A DNA stretch of 64,000 nucleotides from the human T2T-CHM13v2.0 reference genome, Homo sapiens, in NCBI RefSeq assembly GCF_009914755.1, contig NC_060933.1; one strand, given 5' to 3'. Both the position numbers and the translations under genes were made by a program. The notes beneath the pieces are model-generated. The model ran no database searches and was not told the DNA's origin. It saw only the letters and a program-made list of their open reading frames with translations. Below, in pieces: positions 1 through 12,241 of this stretch; position 1 is the first letter of the stretch, and each line of letters starts with the position of its first letter.

Positions 1-511
1 TGCAATTTTGTTTCTCCTCTTTCCTTTCTTGTACTAACTAAGGTTGAGGAGTCACTTTCTGTATCAACTAGGTCTTACCAGGACCTCTCTGTCCGCAAAT
101 CCTCAATATTGACCTCTGTTTATCAATAAAATATAGTTTTGTTAGAAATATTTTCTCTAAAAATTGGTTTCAATGATATCATTAATAAGTTCTTCTCCTC
201 TTCCTGTCCTCTAAATGCTTGCATGTCCCAGCACCCTGTCTTCAGCCCTTTTTTAATGTGTATTTACTTGCTGCATTATTTCTTCAGTCCAAATCCTCCA
301 TAATTGAGGTAAGGGGATTCGGGGAATATGGTGATGTAAACATAACTCACTTTCCCTCCCTTCTGATTCCAAGAAAATTTGCTTTTTCTGAGCCAAGTAT
401 GAACCAAGATCTTTCAGTAACTGGTATAGCTAGGGTTGCAGGCTCTTTTAACTTCCCTGAAAGGGAAATGAATGGGACTTCTTCTAAGTGCTGGGCACTC
501 ACCCAGGGAGC

Positions 512-544
512 AGCATCAGAGATTAAGTAGCATCAGAGATTAAG
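512..544. repeat. Short tandem duplication, AGCATCAGAGATTAAG x2 (period 17)
   Basis: Identical 16-mers at 512-527 and 529-544. Confidence 0.95.
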
Positions 545-672
545 GATGACGATAGGAGAGTGCTGGGTCAGGAGGAGCCTTTGGACCCTAAAGGAAATCT
601 AATGCTAATCCATGAGGGTGTGCTAATTTCCTTAACCTACAAAAGACCAAAAAGGAATTGAAAGAGCTGGTA

Positions 673-758
673 AAATTTTTCCCTCTTTCCAGGTTGGAAG
701 AGTTCTGGTAGAACTAAATTTTTCCCTCTTTCCAGGCTGGAAGAGTTCTGGTAGAACT
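673..758. repeat. 43-bp tandem duplication (2 copies, 1 mismatch)
   Basis: AAATTTTTCCCTCTTTCCAGG(T/C)TGGAAGAGTTCTGGTAGAACT at 673-715 and 716-758. Confidence 0.95.
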
Positions 759-1131
759 GATACTGAAGAGGCTACCCTAGCAGCCTTAGGGTGGTGGCTG
801 ATACCCTGCCCTTAAACCACCGGCCTACAGGATAAAAGATACCTCAACCTTTTATTTCTCTCAGAGTCCCATCATTAAGAATATCTTAGCATTTAGACTT
901 GATAGGCCCCAACAGTCGGAGAAGAGGAAAAGAGGAGAAGAGAATCACATTGAGCAATTAGGGCACAAACTTGGTGAAATAGAGCTACTGGGGGAGATGT
1001 CTGACTATCTGAGTGGAGAAAGGATGAGGGAAGAAACAAAATACAATATAGCCCTATTGGAACTTGATAACTACTTGATTTTTGAGCTAAAATCTTTGCT
1101 ATTTGAGAATGATCAATTTGAGGTCCAAATT

Positions 1132-2425
1132 TGTGATATGAAGAAGTAAGTACAAGAATATCTAATCTAATGTCTTGTAAATACAAGAATATCTAGTGTA
1201 GTAGTGTGATCATGGCTCACTGCAGCCTTGACCTCCCGGACTCAGGTGATCCTCCCACTTTAGCATCCTGGATGGCTGTGACTACAGGCACATATCACCA
1301 TACCTGGCAAACTTTTTTTTTTTTTTTTTGTAGAGATGAGGTTTTGCCATGTGGCCCAGCTAGTCTCAAACTCCTGGGCTTAAGTGATCTTCTGCTGTGG
1401 GCTCTCAAAGTGCTGGGATTACAGGCATGAGCCACTGTGCCAGGCAAGAAACATGTATTTGATCTCTTCCCTCAGTTCTAGTATTTCATCTTCGACCTTG
1501 GTTCCTGACACAGAGCTCCTAAGATCTTTGTAATTTCCTACGTGTTAAGAGTGTCTGACAGAGCTCTGAAATCTCGGAATTCCCTGGGCAATGGGAGCAT
1601 CTTTTGTTTTGATGTGACTTGGTGGGCTTCTGGATAGCCTCAGAATGGGGTCTGGTTTTCAGGCGAACCAACCAAGTTATTAGAGGGTTGAAAGTTTCAG
1701 CCCCACTTCTGACCTTCAAGAAGCAAAGAGGAGGTTGAAGAGGAGTTGATCACCAATGGCCTATGTAATGAAACCTCTATAAAAAACCCAAAAGGATGGG
1801 GGTTTGGAGGAGCTTCCAGATAGCTGAACGTGTTGAGGTTCCTGGAGGGTGGTGAGCCTGGAGAGGGCATGGAAGCCCTGTGCCCCTTCCCACATGCTTG
1901 CTCTATGTGTTTCTTCATAATAGTCTTTGTGATAATGGGTGAACAAAAGTAAAACGTTTCCCTGAGTTCTGTGAGCTGCTTTAGCAAATTAATTGAACCG
2001 AAGAAGAGAGAACTTAGCCTGCTGGGATTTGGTATTAGGCCAATCAGAGAGGTAAAGGAGCATCCACGCTGAGCTCAGGATCCAAGGGCTCCCATCTGAG
2101 AAGGATGGGGCAGCAGGAGTCTTCAGTCACAACATGGCCAGATTGTGCATCCTTATTGTGTTCTTTTTAGTCTGGAATAGACCAGTCATTCAATTAATAA
2201 GAACCCAAATGTATAGCTGGTTGGTCAGAAGCAGAGGTTGCTGGAGAAGTATCTCTTGGTAGAATGTGACAGAATTGAACTAAATTGTCGGATACCCATA
2301 TGGTGCCCACCGGAGAACTGATTGCTTGGTGTGTGAGGAGGAATCTCCACATGTCTGGTGTCAGAAGTGCTGTGTTGAGTGACTGTGTGAGAATAGAGAG
2401 GAAAAGTGGTTTGTTTTCCTTAGAC
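1132..2425 (+). mobile_element. MER21 (MER21B/C-like) ERVL solo LTR, interrupted by an Alu and by a ~190-bp non-LTR insert
   Basis: TGTGATAT start. Recalled MER21 motifs: GTTCCTGACACAGAGCTCCTAAG, TTAGAGGGTTG..CAGCCCCAC, GAGGGCATGGAAGC, TTTCCCTGAGTTCTGTGAG. Resumes at ~2201 GAACCC..GGTCAGAAG. Confidence 0.8.
1195..1445 (-). mobile_element. AluJ, lacking its 3' ~35 nt and poly(A)
   Basis: Antisense Alu: GATCATGGCTCACTGCAGCC, central T-run, CAAAGTGCTGGGATTACAGGCATGAGCCAC. AluJ-type CTCCTGGGCTTAAG. Confidence 0.9.
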
Positions 2426-2439
2426 TTCCAGTCTGGGAT

Positions 2440-3254
2440 CTCTGTTCCTTTTGTTCCCACATAGTGTGTTCTTTACACAAAATCCAGATGGACCTTTAAA
2501 ATAACTCAATTAGTTTTTGTCACTCCCTGTTCCCAAACCTTCTTGTGATTTCCCATTATATTAAAAATCCAAATTCCTTACTATGACCTGAAAAACCTTG
2601 CAGGCTCTGGTTGCCCCTTCTTCAGTTATCTCTAGCTCCCTGTTTTCCACCACTTTACTCCACCCACATCAACTTTTTTGTTTCTAATCACTCCAGTGTA
2701 TTCCCACTTCAGGGCCATTGCACTCACTATTTCCTTTGCCTTTAACTCAAGTCCACCAGAGTGTTAGTGCAATCTGGGTATAATTTACTACCAAACTCAT
2801 GTAATTTATTTTCCCAACTGGGATAATTTTGGGTGTATAATGAGTTGTTATTAACGATTGTGTCAGGAAATGATAGTAAACTGTAACTATTCCAGGCATA
2901 AATGGTCATCCTAAGATATTCTCATGGCCTGATCCCTTACTTCTTTTAGGTCTTTTGTCAAGCATTATCCTCTTAGAAAGGTCTTCGTTTGCCACTCTAT
3001 TTAAAATAAACACTTGCTTCCATCTGTATCTCTAGATTTCCCTGACTTTCCTTTATTTTTCTTCATAGCATCTGATATTTCTTGAATTATGTGACACTTT
3101 ATGTGAGCTCTTGTTTACTTAGTTAATGTCTGCCTCTTTCCCAAAATGTAGGTCTAATGGGGAAGGGCCTTGTCTGTTTGCTCACCACTGTAACTTTGCT
3201 GTCAAGAGCACATAGTAGATGCTCAATAAATTTTTGCTGAATGCATGAGTGAGT
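2440..3254 (+). mobile_element. L2 3' portion, interrupted by MER94
   Basis: Ends in the typical L2 tail CACATAGTAGATGCTCAATAAATTTTTGCTGAATG. Internal AAAATCCAAATTCCTTACTATG motif. Confidence 0.75.
2798..2913 (+). mobile_element. MER94-like hAT-Blackjack MITE
   Basis: Ends in ATGGTCATCCTA (Blackjack TIR ATGGTCACCCTA). Body is colinear with the recalled MER94 consensus. Confidence 0.65.
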
Positions 3255-4716
3255 ATTGATCCTGGTCAAAGCCCTTGCTGAAGGCCATTGCCTTGATCCC
3301 TTCCTGCCTCATCCTGGGTGAACTCAGCATGTTGGGACTCAGTGTCCAGCCAGTCAGAGAATCAAGAGAGCATCCAGGCTGAGCTCAGGATTCAAGGCCC
3401 CTATCTGAGATGGGTGGGGAAGCAGGAACATTCAGGCATAATATGGTCAGATTATGTGTCAATATTGTGTTGTGTTCATGTGTGTTCTTTTCAGTTTGGA
3501 ATAGAAAACCAGGCAGTGGTTGATGGCCAGAGAGCAAAGTTTAGCTGCCTCCAGGAGAGGAATTTGACTGATCAGGGTGACGCAGGGTACCATGCCTCAG
3601 CCATTCTGCTGGGGTTCAGGGATGGCTTCCAGGCTCAGTGTCAGGGGACCTGGATTGTAAAGTCAGGATGTCTGGTGAGGCAGGGTTTGTTAGGTTAGTG
3701 TGATCCTGAGGATGATTGATTTCCAAGCTAGGATATATTCTTTTGACTTTCTGACATTTCTTTCTTCTTGGTGCTCATAGTAGGATTTATGGAAAATTAT
3801 TTCTATGACTCGTAAAGCTAGAGCTGGGGGAAGGTCATGTCACCAGAGTTGAATAAAGTGGTGAAACTAAAAAATAGCTTTAGCCTAGAAACTGGAAAAT
3901 GGAAAAAATTCTTAGTGACTTGAAAATCAGAAGCTTTATGTTCTATACCAGTTCTGATACTAAACTATTGGTCATTTCAGGGTACCATTTTATTTTTTCA
4001 TCTAGGAATGAGCAGGATGGGCACGTTAATCTTAAAGGATCCTTTCAATTCTGAGCAAAAATCAACAACTGATTATTTTCAAATCAGTAAGCATTTATCA
4101 AGAATCCTGTATGTGCTGGGGACTGTACTAGGTTCTGGATAAGTAGAAGTAAATAAATTGTAGTCTAAGTGAACTTGCAGGTAAATGAGCACCTAGGCAC
4201 CGTGCCAGAGTTTCTTACCCAGCTTTATGGAACATAGTTGAAGGAGCAAGTTAATTCTGCCTATTGCAGTCAGGGGAAAATACAGGAAGAGGTGCTGTTT
4301 AAGTTGAAAATATTAAGGAATAATTTGATGGAGAGGGCAGGAAGAACAATTCTGGGAGAGTAATGAACATAGGCAGCATCAGAGAAGCATAATGGCCATG
4401 GTAAATCAGGGAACATATTTCAGTTCAGTGTGGAATAAAAGTTTGTGAAGGTCAGATTGACAAAGAATGGAAGGCCAATATTTTTTTCTTTAGTCGCTTG
4501 TAGTTTATCAATTAGGAATGTTTTAGGCTGCAAGTAACAGCCTACTTAAACAATAAAGACATTATATTTTCTCCTAGAGCAAGAAGTCTAGAGATAGTTC
4601 ATTCTAGTTTGGTGCAGCATCTTAACAATGTCTTCAGACTCAAGAGCTTCCTATTTTTTTTCTCTTGAATCTTCATCATGCTGACGTTCATTTTTAGTTT
4701 TTTTGCTTCATGGTCA

Positions 4717-6117
4717 TGTATAGTTAATGTAATGTTAGCTGATGTACTGGATAACTCCCTCAATTCTAAGTGTCTTAATACAACAAAAGTTTATATCTCT
4801 CTTCTATAAAATTTGTAATTGGTTTCCTGATAAGTAGATGGTTTTTCTTTTTTCTATTTTATTTTTTTATCATTATACTTTAAGTTCTAGGGTACATGCG
4901 CACAGTATGCAGGTTTGTTACATAGGTATACATGTGCCATGTTGGTGTGCTGCACCCATTAACTCATCATTTACGTTAGGTATATCTCCTAATGTTATCC
5001 CTCCCCACTCCCCCTACCCCACAACAGGCCCCAGTGTGTGATGTTCCCCTTCCTGTGTCCATGTGTTCTCATTGTTCAATTCCCACCTATGAGTGAGAAC
5101 ATGCAGTGTTTGGTTTTTTGTCCTTGCGATAGTTTGCTGAGAATGATGGTTTCCAGCTTCATCCATGTCCCTACAGAGGACATGAACTCATCATTTTTTA
5201 TGGCTGCATAGTATTCCATGGTGTATATGTGCCACATTTTCTTAATCCAGTCTATCATTGTTGGACATTTGGGTTGGTTCCAAGTCTTTGCTATTGTGAA
5301 TAGTGCCGCAATAAAAATACGTGTGCATGTGTCTTTATAGCAGCATGATTTATAGTCCTTTGGGTGTATACCCATAATGGGATGGCTGGGTCAAATGGTA
5401 TTTCTGGTTCTAGATCCTTGAGGAATCGCCACACTGTCTTCCACAATGGTTGAACTAGTTTACAGTCCCACCAACAGTGTAAAAGTGTTCCTATTTCTCC
5501 ACAACCTCTCCAGCACCTGTTGTTTCCTGACTTTTTAATGATCGCCATTCTAACTGGTGTGAGATGGTATCTCATTGTGGTTTTGATTTGTATTTCTCTG
5601 GCCAGTGATGATGAGCATTTTTTCATGTGTCTATTGGCTGCATAAATGTCTTCTTTTAAGAAGTGTCTGTTCATATCTTTTGCCCACTTTTTGATGGGGT
5701 TGTTTGTTTTTTTCTTGTAAATTTGTTTGAGTTCTTTGTAAATTCTGGATATTAGCCCTTTGTCAGACGAGTAGATTGCAAAAATTTTCTCCCATGTTGT
5801 AGATTGCCTGTTCACTCTGATGGCAGTTTCTTTTGGCTTTTCTTCAAGTAGTTTTCATCTTCTTATTTACCAGCTTCAATATATCTTCCAAAATTTCCAA
5901 GACACTGTTCAAGCTGGGAGGGGAAATAATATAAGGACCATGCATGAGAGCTTTTTCCATGTTAGCCCTGGGAGTGTTGTACAGTACTCTACTCCATATT
6001 CCATTGACTAGAATTCAGTTATACTTAACTGCAAGGGGAAATGGAAAATAATGAGTATCAACGCACATTGGAAGAAGAGAAAGTAAGTTGACTGATAAGC
6101 AAGCAGTCTCTACCATA
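4717..6117 (-). mobile_element. MLT1I/J-like MaLR LTR nested in the older LTR and split by an L1PA
   Basis: TG start, GCAGTCTCTACCATA end, 5-bp TSD GGTCA (4712-16) / GGTTA (6118-22). Confidence 0.6.
4850..5835 (-). mobile_element. 5'-truncated L1PA4-6 (~1 kb: 3' UTR plus ORF2 C-terminus)
   Basis: T-rich tail and L1PA 3' UTR. ORFs 5076-5375 and 5291-5815 are the ORF2 C-terminus with the CCHC knuckle. TSD TGG(T/C)TTTTCTT at 4839-49 / 5834-44. Confidence 0.95.
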
Positions 6118-6401
6118 GGTTACAATATGGATAATGAAGCTTTAAACATCACCTCCTACAAAATTGTTTTCCAGGGAGGAGGAAAGGGGAACAGGGAGAG
6201 CCAGAAAGCTTTCCTCTTGAGTTTGTATGAATTTTTGGGGGAAATTTTCTAGAAGACTTCTCCTTACACGTTCCTAATCAAAACTATGTCACATACTCAC
6301 CCTCAGCCAGATACAGTGAGGCTGGAACAGTAAGCATCTGAATGGGAATGACTGACATACAGCATCTTGAATAATATTTTGGAGTTTGGGAGGAATTTAC
6401 T

Positions 6402-6793
6402 TGTTTTGTGAAAGGGCTGTATTATATGCAAAGTGTCCCCCAAACACCAAAGAAGTCAAGAAACCAAAGACAAATCCGGTTTGTTGGTATGAAGATTTTA
6501 TGGGAGAACTTATGGACAGCAGTGTGATCTTGGATGGCTGTCTGAGACAGGTAGATTTTCTGTGCTGCTACCCCAAGACCCAGGACTTATTAACCACAGG
6601 AAAAGGGTTTTTTTCCACTTCAGAGGGAATGTGTAGGAGAATTTGATTAAGGGCAGAATTTATGGCAAGTATGTTCTCTTACACAAGGAACAACAGATAA
6701 ACTGGAAATTTTAGAGGCATTCCTGGTACTGGTGTTAAGAAGAAGTCAACATGGTGGTTTGGCATTGAAGATGGAATTGCTTTAGGTTCCACA
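6402..6793 (-). mobile_element. LTR47-like ERVL solo LTR
   Basis: Minus strand begins TGTGGAACCTAAAGCAATTCCATCTT...CCATGTTGACTTC. TG..CA termini. TSD TTACT/ATACT. Confidence 0.7.
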
Positions 6794-7614
6794 ATACTTT
6801 TCCTGAACACATTAAATCTTTCCAATTCTTGAAGAGAATCAGGGTTTGGTTAGCCAGGAAGAAGGGGAAAAATGATGGTTGAGTCATCAACCAAAAGTGT
6901 CTACCAAGGAAGCCAAGGCAGATTTTTTGAACACAGGAGTGACATGACTGAATTTGTGGTTTAGGATGGTTGCACTGGAAAATAGATTGCCAGAGTCTTC
7001 CTATCCTGAGGCATGGGCACCAGTGCGTCCCAGGGAAGTGTTAAATTCTAATAAGGTCAGAGAAAATCTTACAGAGCACTCAACGAAGTGGATGTCTCAA
7101 AACTTTTACCTTGTGAAGAAATATCCAAATCTTTGATTCCGGAAATAAAATTTCTTTTTGAATAATTAAAGCCTGTGTCAAGGAGATTGATGGTCCAGGA
7201 AAATGTTTTAAATTTTTTTCATGAAAAAAATGTTTCCTTCCCTTTTAAACCTTGGATATCTTTATTTCTCACAGTAACTGGGGTGTTCAGCTATGAATAT
7301 TCTTTACTATCCACAAATGAATGGTACCATATTTAGACCATAATATGACTGGCTTTGCACTCATTAGAATGGCTTCTAACAACTGCATGTGTGACTTGGA
7401 TCAGAATGACGTTACCTGTGGAGTTGACCAACCTTTTGGTTTTTTAAGGGTGGAGATTACTGAGACAGAAAGAATGTAATCTGCAGTCAAAGAAAATATG
7501 AGATATAAACAAGTGCAGAACATAATAAAATAACTAGGCATAAAATCGTTTATTAATGTACGATTTGGACACATTATTTAAATTCTGGGAGCCTCAGTGA
7601 TGCCCCAAGGATCA

Positions 7615-7890
7615 CATAGGATGATGAGTTAGTGCTCATCAAATATCCATGTCACCTTCTACATTCAATACCCACCTTGCAGTTAGGTTTGGACCACATG
7701 ACTGACTAATTCAAGACAATAGAATGTGAGCAGAACTGATGTTGGTCACCTTGGGTCAAGGCCAGTTAGAATCAATATGTTTCCTCTCTCTCTCTTTTCT
7801 CCTTCTGTGCTGACTTTGATGCAATGTGTTCCAGATGGCAGAGCTACGAGATGGAGGAGGGCCACTGGCCCAACTCTCCATGAGCAAGAA
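7615..7890 (+). mobile_element. MLT1I/J/K-like MaLR LTR fragment
   Basis: CCTTGCAGTTAGG..CCACATGACTGA..CAATAGAATGTGAGCAGAA motif string. Confidence 0.55.
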
Positions 7891-8420
7891 ATAATCCTAT
7901 CCAGGTAACACAGGCAAGAAAATGCTTTGTAAATGGTAGTCACTATTACTGGTGCTATTGTAATTTTAAAAACAGGTAACATTTTCACTCCTACCTCAGC
8001 TCATAAGAGTTAATCCTCAACTGGTTTAGTTAGGTTCCACTTTGCTTAGAGAACAAGGCTTTCCTTTCAAGCCTTTATCCCTGTACAAGGTGTCCAAGGC
8101 CTCTACCATTTACTCAGGGAGCTTACAAATATCTTGGACAATGTTACAGGTATCTTGAGGCCCACCTGGCCCTCGAGTTGACAGGTGCTGCTTCTCCCTG
8201 ATACTTAGCTCCCTCCACTCCTTCCTTTCCAATTTCAGTCCCTCCTCTGATTTCTCATCACTCTTTCTCCGTCCTCAGGCAAGGACAACCTTTAAAAGTA
8301 TAAATGCATATATACAGAAATTTCTGTCTCATATTTAGATCAGGTTTGGTATGTTTTTTGCACTTTTATTTGTGTTGGTGAGGGCAGAGTAGGGGAAAAA
8401 TGGCCTTTTTTTCCCTACTA

Positions 8421-8450
8421 AGCTAAGAATGAGGACAGCTAAGAATGAGG
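8421..8450. repeat. Short tandem duplication AGCTAAGAATGAGG x2 (period 16)
   Basis: Identical 14-mers at 8421-34 and 8437-50. Confidence 0.9.
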
Positions 8451-8797
8451 GAGCAGAGGAGCAGAGAAATGTACTAAAACACGTAGATTATGAATTTTAA
8501 TTAAACCTATGTTATTTTTATTTATATGACTATTAATGATAAATGAAACAGGCTGCTGAGATTTGATGTTACATAACAAGAAGGGAATTCACAAAAGTAA
8601 TAATTCTTGAGAAATTTAGTATGGCATGCAGTCATCCTGAACCACCAACACACTTATCTACTTCTATCAGAAGTAAACAGTAAGTAATATTTAGGTGAGC
8701 ATAAATGCCAACACAAATCAGGAAGCAGAGCAATCAACAGTTTCTAGAAAAGATTTCTAAAGTTCCCTACAATTTATTGCCTTCTCTTAATCTCATT

Positions 8798-9070
8798 TGT
8801 GATAGGCATCTTCTGACATTGTCCCAGTGTCCTTGTTTCCTGGCACACATGCCCTTGTGTATTCCTCCCCCTTCTTGAGTATGGGGTAGTCTAGTGACTT
8901 GCTTCTAATCAATAGAATGTGACAAAAGTGACAGTATGTCACTTTCAATATTGTGTTATAAAAGATTGTGACTATCAAGAAGATGATAGTTAACACTCTC
9001 TCCCCGACCCCCTTGTTTGCCCACCCTCATGAAGTTAGTTTCTACAGAGAGAGCCCCACATGTGGTACTG
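8798..9070 (+). mobile_element. MLT1F-like MaLR LTR, 5' part
   Basis: GCCCTTGTGTATTCC..CTTGAGT..CTAGTGACTTGCTTCTAATCAATAGAATGTGACAAAAGTGA. Confidence 0.75.
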
Positions 9071-9944
9071 GAGACACAAATATGGGGAAGACTAATTCCC
9101 TTCTTTTGGAGAGTGTGTAATCTATAGGAACAATATAACTCATGTTTTAACAGAGACATGTACAAAGGGTGGTGGCAACACAGATGAAGGAGGAATTGAA
9201 ATGATCAATAAATATTGTCAATAGCTAAAGCAATCAATGTACATTTTCAGAAGATGATATAGTACAAAGCAGACTGTCTGTGTATCCTAATACAGAGGTG
9301 GAACATCAGGGAATTGCAGATAGAGAGTCTGAGACCTGACCATTAACATTTCAGCTCTGGTCCAAGAAAGTGACCAACTGAACAGAAGCGACGTGGATCA
9401 CCTTGGGAAATGCAAGTGACCAAGATTATTAAACAGAACACAGTGACATCAGACACAGGGATCTAAATAAAACTCAGATGAGGACTTTGCTCTAAGCTAC
9501 TCCTGGCTGAGGATTTCCCCAGTGGTTATTGAGGGTGATTTGAAACTTACCAGCAGGCCCTTCTATAGGAAATCCTGCCTATTATTTTCTGTTACTGTAT
9601 ATTTTACAGCTAAATTCTCAAACAATATTTGTAAAGCACTATCACCTACCTTTAGAAATGGTTTACTAAAGTAAAACACACAGAAAAGTATGCAAATCAT
9701 AAATGTATAGCTTGATGGATTTTCGCAAAAGAAACACAACCATGTGACCTGCACCCAGCTAAAGAAAGAAATTGCCAGGAGCTATCTTAACGCTCCTTTT
9801 GAGTCCTTTTTTCAAGTTAAAAAAAATTCTAAAATAATTTTAGACTAATAGAAAAGTTGCAAAGATAGCATAGAGAGTTCCTATATGCCCTTCACTCTGT
9901 TTATTCTAATGTTAACAACTAATAGGATCATAACAAAATTATCA

Positions 9945-10740
9945 AAGGGACACAGGAATCAACTTGGACTAGCACCAGTGAAATCTTGGATGCTTTAAGC
10001 AACAACGATAAGAACAACAAATAAAGCAATGGAATGTGACATATAGATTAAAATAAATTTTAGTGAGTCACACATATAAATAATTGAAGAAAATAGAAAG
10101 GACTGCCCTTTTTTAAAGTAGAATTTGAGTTAAGTGTATTAGGAATGCTGAAAATAGAAGATAATCATTAGGCAAACACCACACTAACAATTGTGTCAGG
10201 AAGAATCATTGATAGATGGTAAAAGTAGTTGGCAGGAGCATGATGAGAAACAGAATATTTGCATAATCTCAAAGTATTTGTCTGTAAGAAATACTTAACA
10301 AATATCTTAATAATTAATAAGATATTTATTAATGGAAAAATAGCAGGTTTCCAAGCAGAGAAACCTGACAGACACTACCTTAATCTAGTAGGAGAAATGA
10401 GCATCACCAATAATAAGATGCACTTAATTCATATACTTCCTGATATGATGCACTTGAGACGGGCACAGCATCACTTCTGCAATATTCTTGCCTAAAATAT
10501 ATAACTTCAATGTAATCATCAAAAACATTATACAAACTGAAAATGGGGGACATTCTGCCAGACCTCTTTAAAAGTGCCAGGATTGTGAAAGACAAAGATT
10601 GAAGAACTGTCCCAGACTGGAGGAGTCTAAGGAGACATGACAACTTAATGCAACATGAGATTAGACCCTGGACCAGAGAAAGTAACAGTAGTGAGGAGAC
10701 TTGTGAAATCCAAGTAAGGTCTACAGATTAGTTAATAGTA
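9945..10740 (+). mobile_element. L1MC4/5-like 3' UTR remnant, preceded by short antisense L1M ends at ~9680-9920
   Basis: GAGAAACCTGACAGACACTACCTTAAT, CAGCATCACTTCTG, GGAGACATGACAAC, TACAGATTAGTTAATAGTA motifs. Confidence 0.7.
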
Positions 10741-10789
10741 AATTAATTTAATTTTTCTTTTTAATTTTTTAAAACATGAAAGAGTAGCA

Positions 10790-11010
10790 ACAGTTAATAC
10801 ATATATACTACCTGCTTTGTGCCAGATTCCACTGTAAGTGCTTTCCATGTATTCATCATCATTGTCATTTTGTAAATGAAGAAACTGGGGCATAGATGGA
10901 TGAGACTCTGTTCAGCTAGAGTTACACAGCTGATGGGCAGCAGAGCAGGGATCAGTGCTGGGCTTTGTGGCTTCCAGAATCCATGGTTAACCTCTCTGTT
11001 TACAGCCTTT
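10790..11010 (-). mobile_element. MIR
   Basis: CATTTTGTAAATGAAGAAACTGGGGCATAGA core, antisense. Confidence 0.7.
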
Positions 11011-11784
11011 CTAGTGTAGTTTCTTTAGGGATCATACAGGGCCCATTTCTGGGCCCTGGACTCCTGAGCAAACAGACCAAAACAAGCAGCACTTCCCCAC
11101 TGTCTTCACAGTGGGTCTGGAACCAAGGCCTTCCTTCCTGGCTGGTATGCACCTTACAAAGGCATTTTTTTCCCCCTGAGATTCTAAAATAGAAGCTCAG
11201 GGCTCTGTCTTCCCACAGAAAATATCGACATCTATATTTATCCCTTTTCCAGAAGCTGAGGAGACCTAGTTCATGCTAATTGCAGTTTACCAAACAAGCT
11301 GATTCTTAACCCCATGAATATTTTTGCCATTGAAAGCGCCTACAACTTGTGAAAACGAACAAATGGCAAACTGCTCTGCTCTTTTCACTTCCCACACACG
11401 ATTATATTTTGTTGCCTATTAAGTCTGCAGTTGCACCACAGGCATCATGGAGACATGACCAAGGATCCCAGCAACCCCCAATCTGGGCACAGCATGGACT
11501 TGAGGTTAGTTCGTACACACATTTTAGTCTTGGAAGAACATGGCCAGACACTGCTAGAAATTAGGTACTCAGGTGATCCTTAGGCCAGTAACTCAGGATT
11601 TACTTATTTACTTATTTTTTTCTATATTTTAAACACTATTTAAAAATCTTTTTATAATTACAAATAGCAGAAGGACTAGAATAATGAACACACATCTGTC
11701 CATCATCTGGATCCAACAATTGTTAACATTTGGTGAAACATACTTCAGATACACACTGCTGGCATGCACACACTCATACCTATG

Positions 11785-12095
11785 CAGTCACATGCCACAT
11801 AAGGACATTTTAGCCAACAACGCATATATGATGGTGGTCCTAAAAGATTATAATACCATAATTTTACTGTACCTTTTCTATGTTTAGACATGTTTGGATA
11901 CACAAATGCTTAGCATTGTTATAATTGGCTACAGTATTCAGTACAGTAACATGCTGTACAGGTTTGTAGACTAGGAACATTAGGCCATACCATCTATGTC
12001 TGTGTAAGTACATTCTGTGATATTCGTAAGGCAACGAAATTACCTAATGATGTGCTTCTCAGAATGTATCCCCATCATTAAGCAATGCATGACTG
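11785..12095 (+). mobile_element. Tigger3a (MER7A-type) Tc1/mariner MITE
   Basis: TIRs CAGTCACATGCCACATAA ... TTAAGCAATGCATGACTG followed by TA. Body matches Tigger3a. Confidence 0.85.
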
Positions 12096-12219
12096 TATTT
12101 ATTTCAGTATCTTCTATTTCAAAGGAAACTACAAATTCTATGTAATAGAGGCTTAAATGGGGCAGAATGTTTCTGGATCTATATACCAGAGATGACTTTA
12201 GGACCACTCTTTTTTTGGA

Positions 12220-12241
12220 GGGGCGGGGAGGGTGGGCAGGG
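12220..12241 (+). other. Canonical G-quadruplex motif containing a GC box
   Basis: GGGG C GGGG A GGG T GGG CA GGG. Confidence 0.75.

Larger units (their letters stand above)
4504..6906 (-). mobile_element. Old MaLR LTR (MLT1K/L-like), host of two nested LTRs and an L1
   Basis: ATCAATTAGGAATGTTTTAGGCTGCAAGTAACAG start and CAACCAAAAGTGTCTACCA end. Sequence continues across the inserts. Confidence 0.6.

Noticed and set aside
3318-3698. 126-aa ORF overlapping the duplicated segment
   Set aside because: GTG start, no recognisable domain, and the paralogous copy does not preserve the frame
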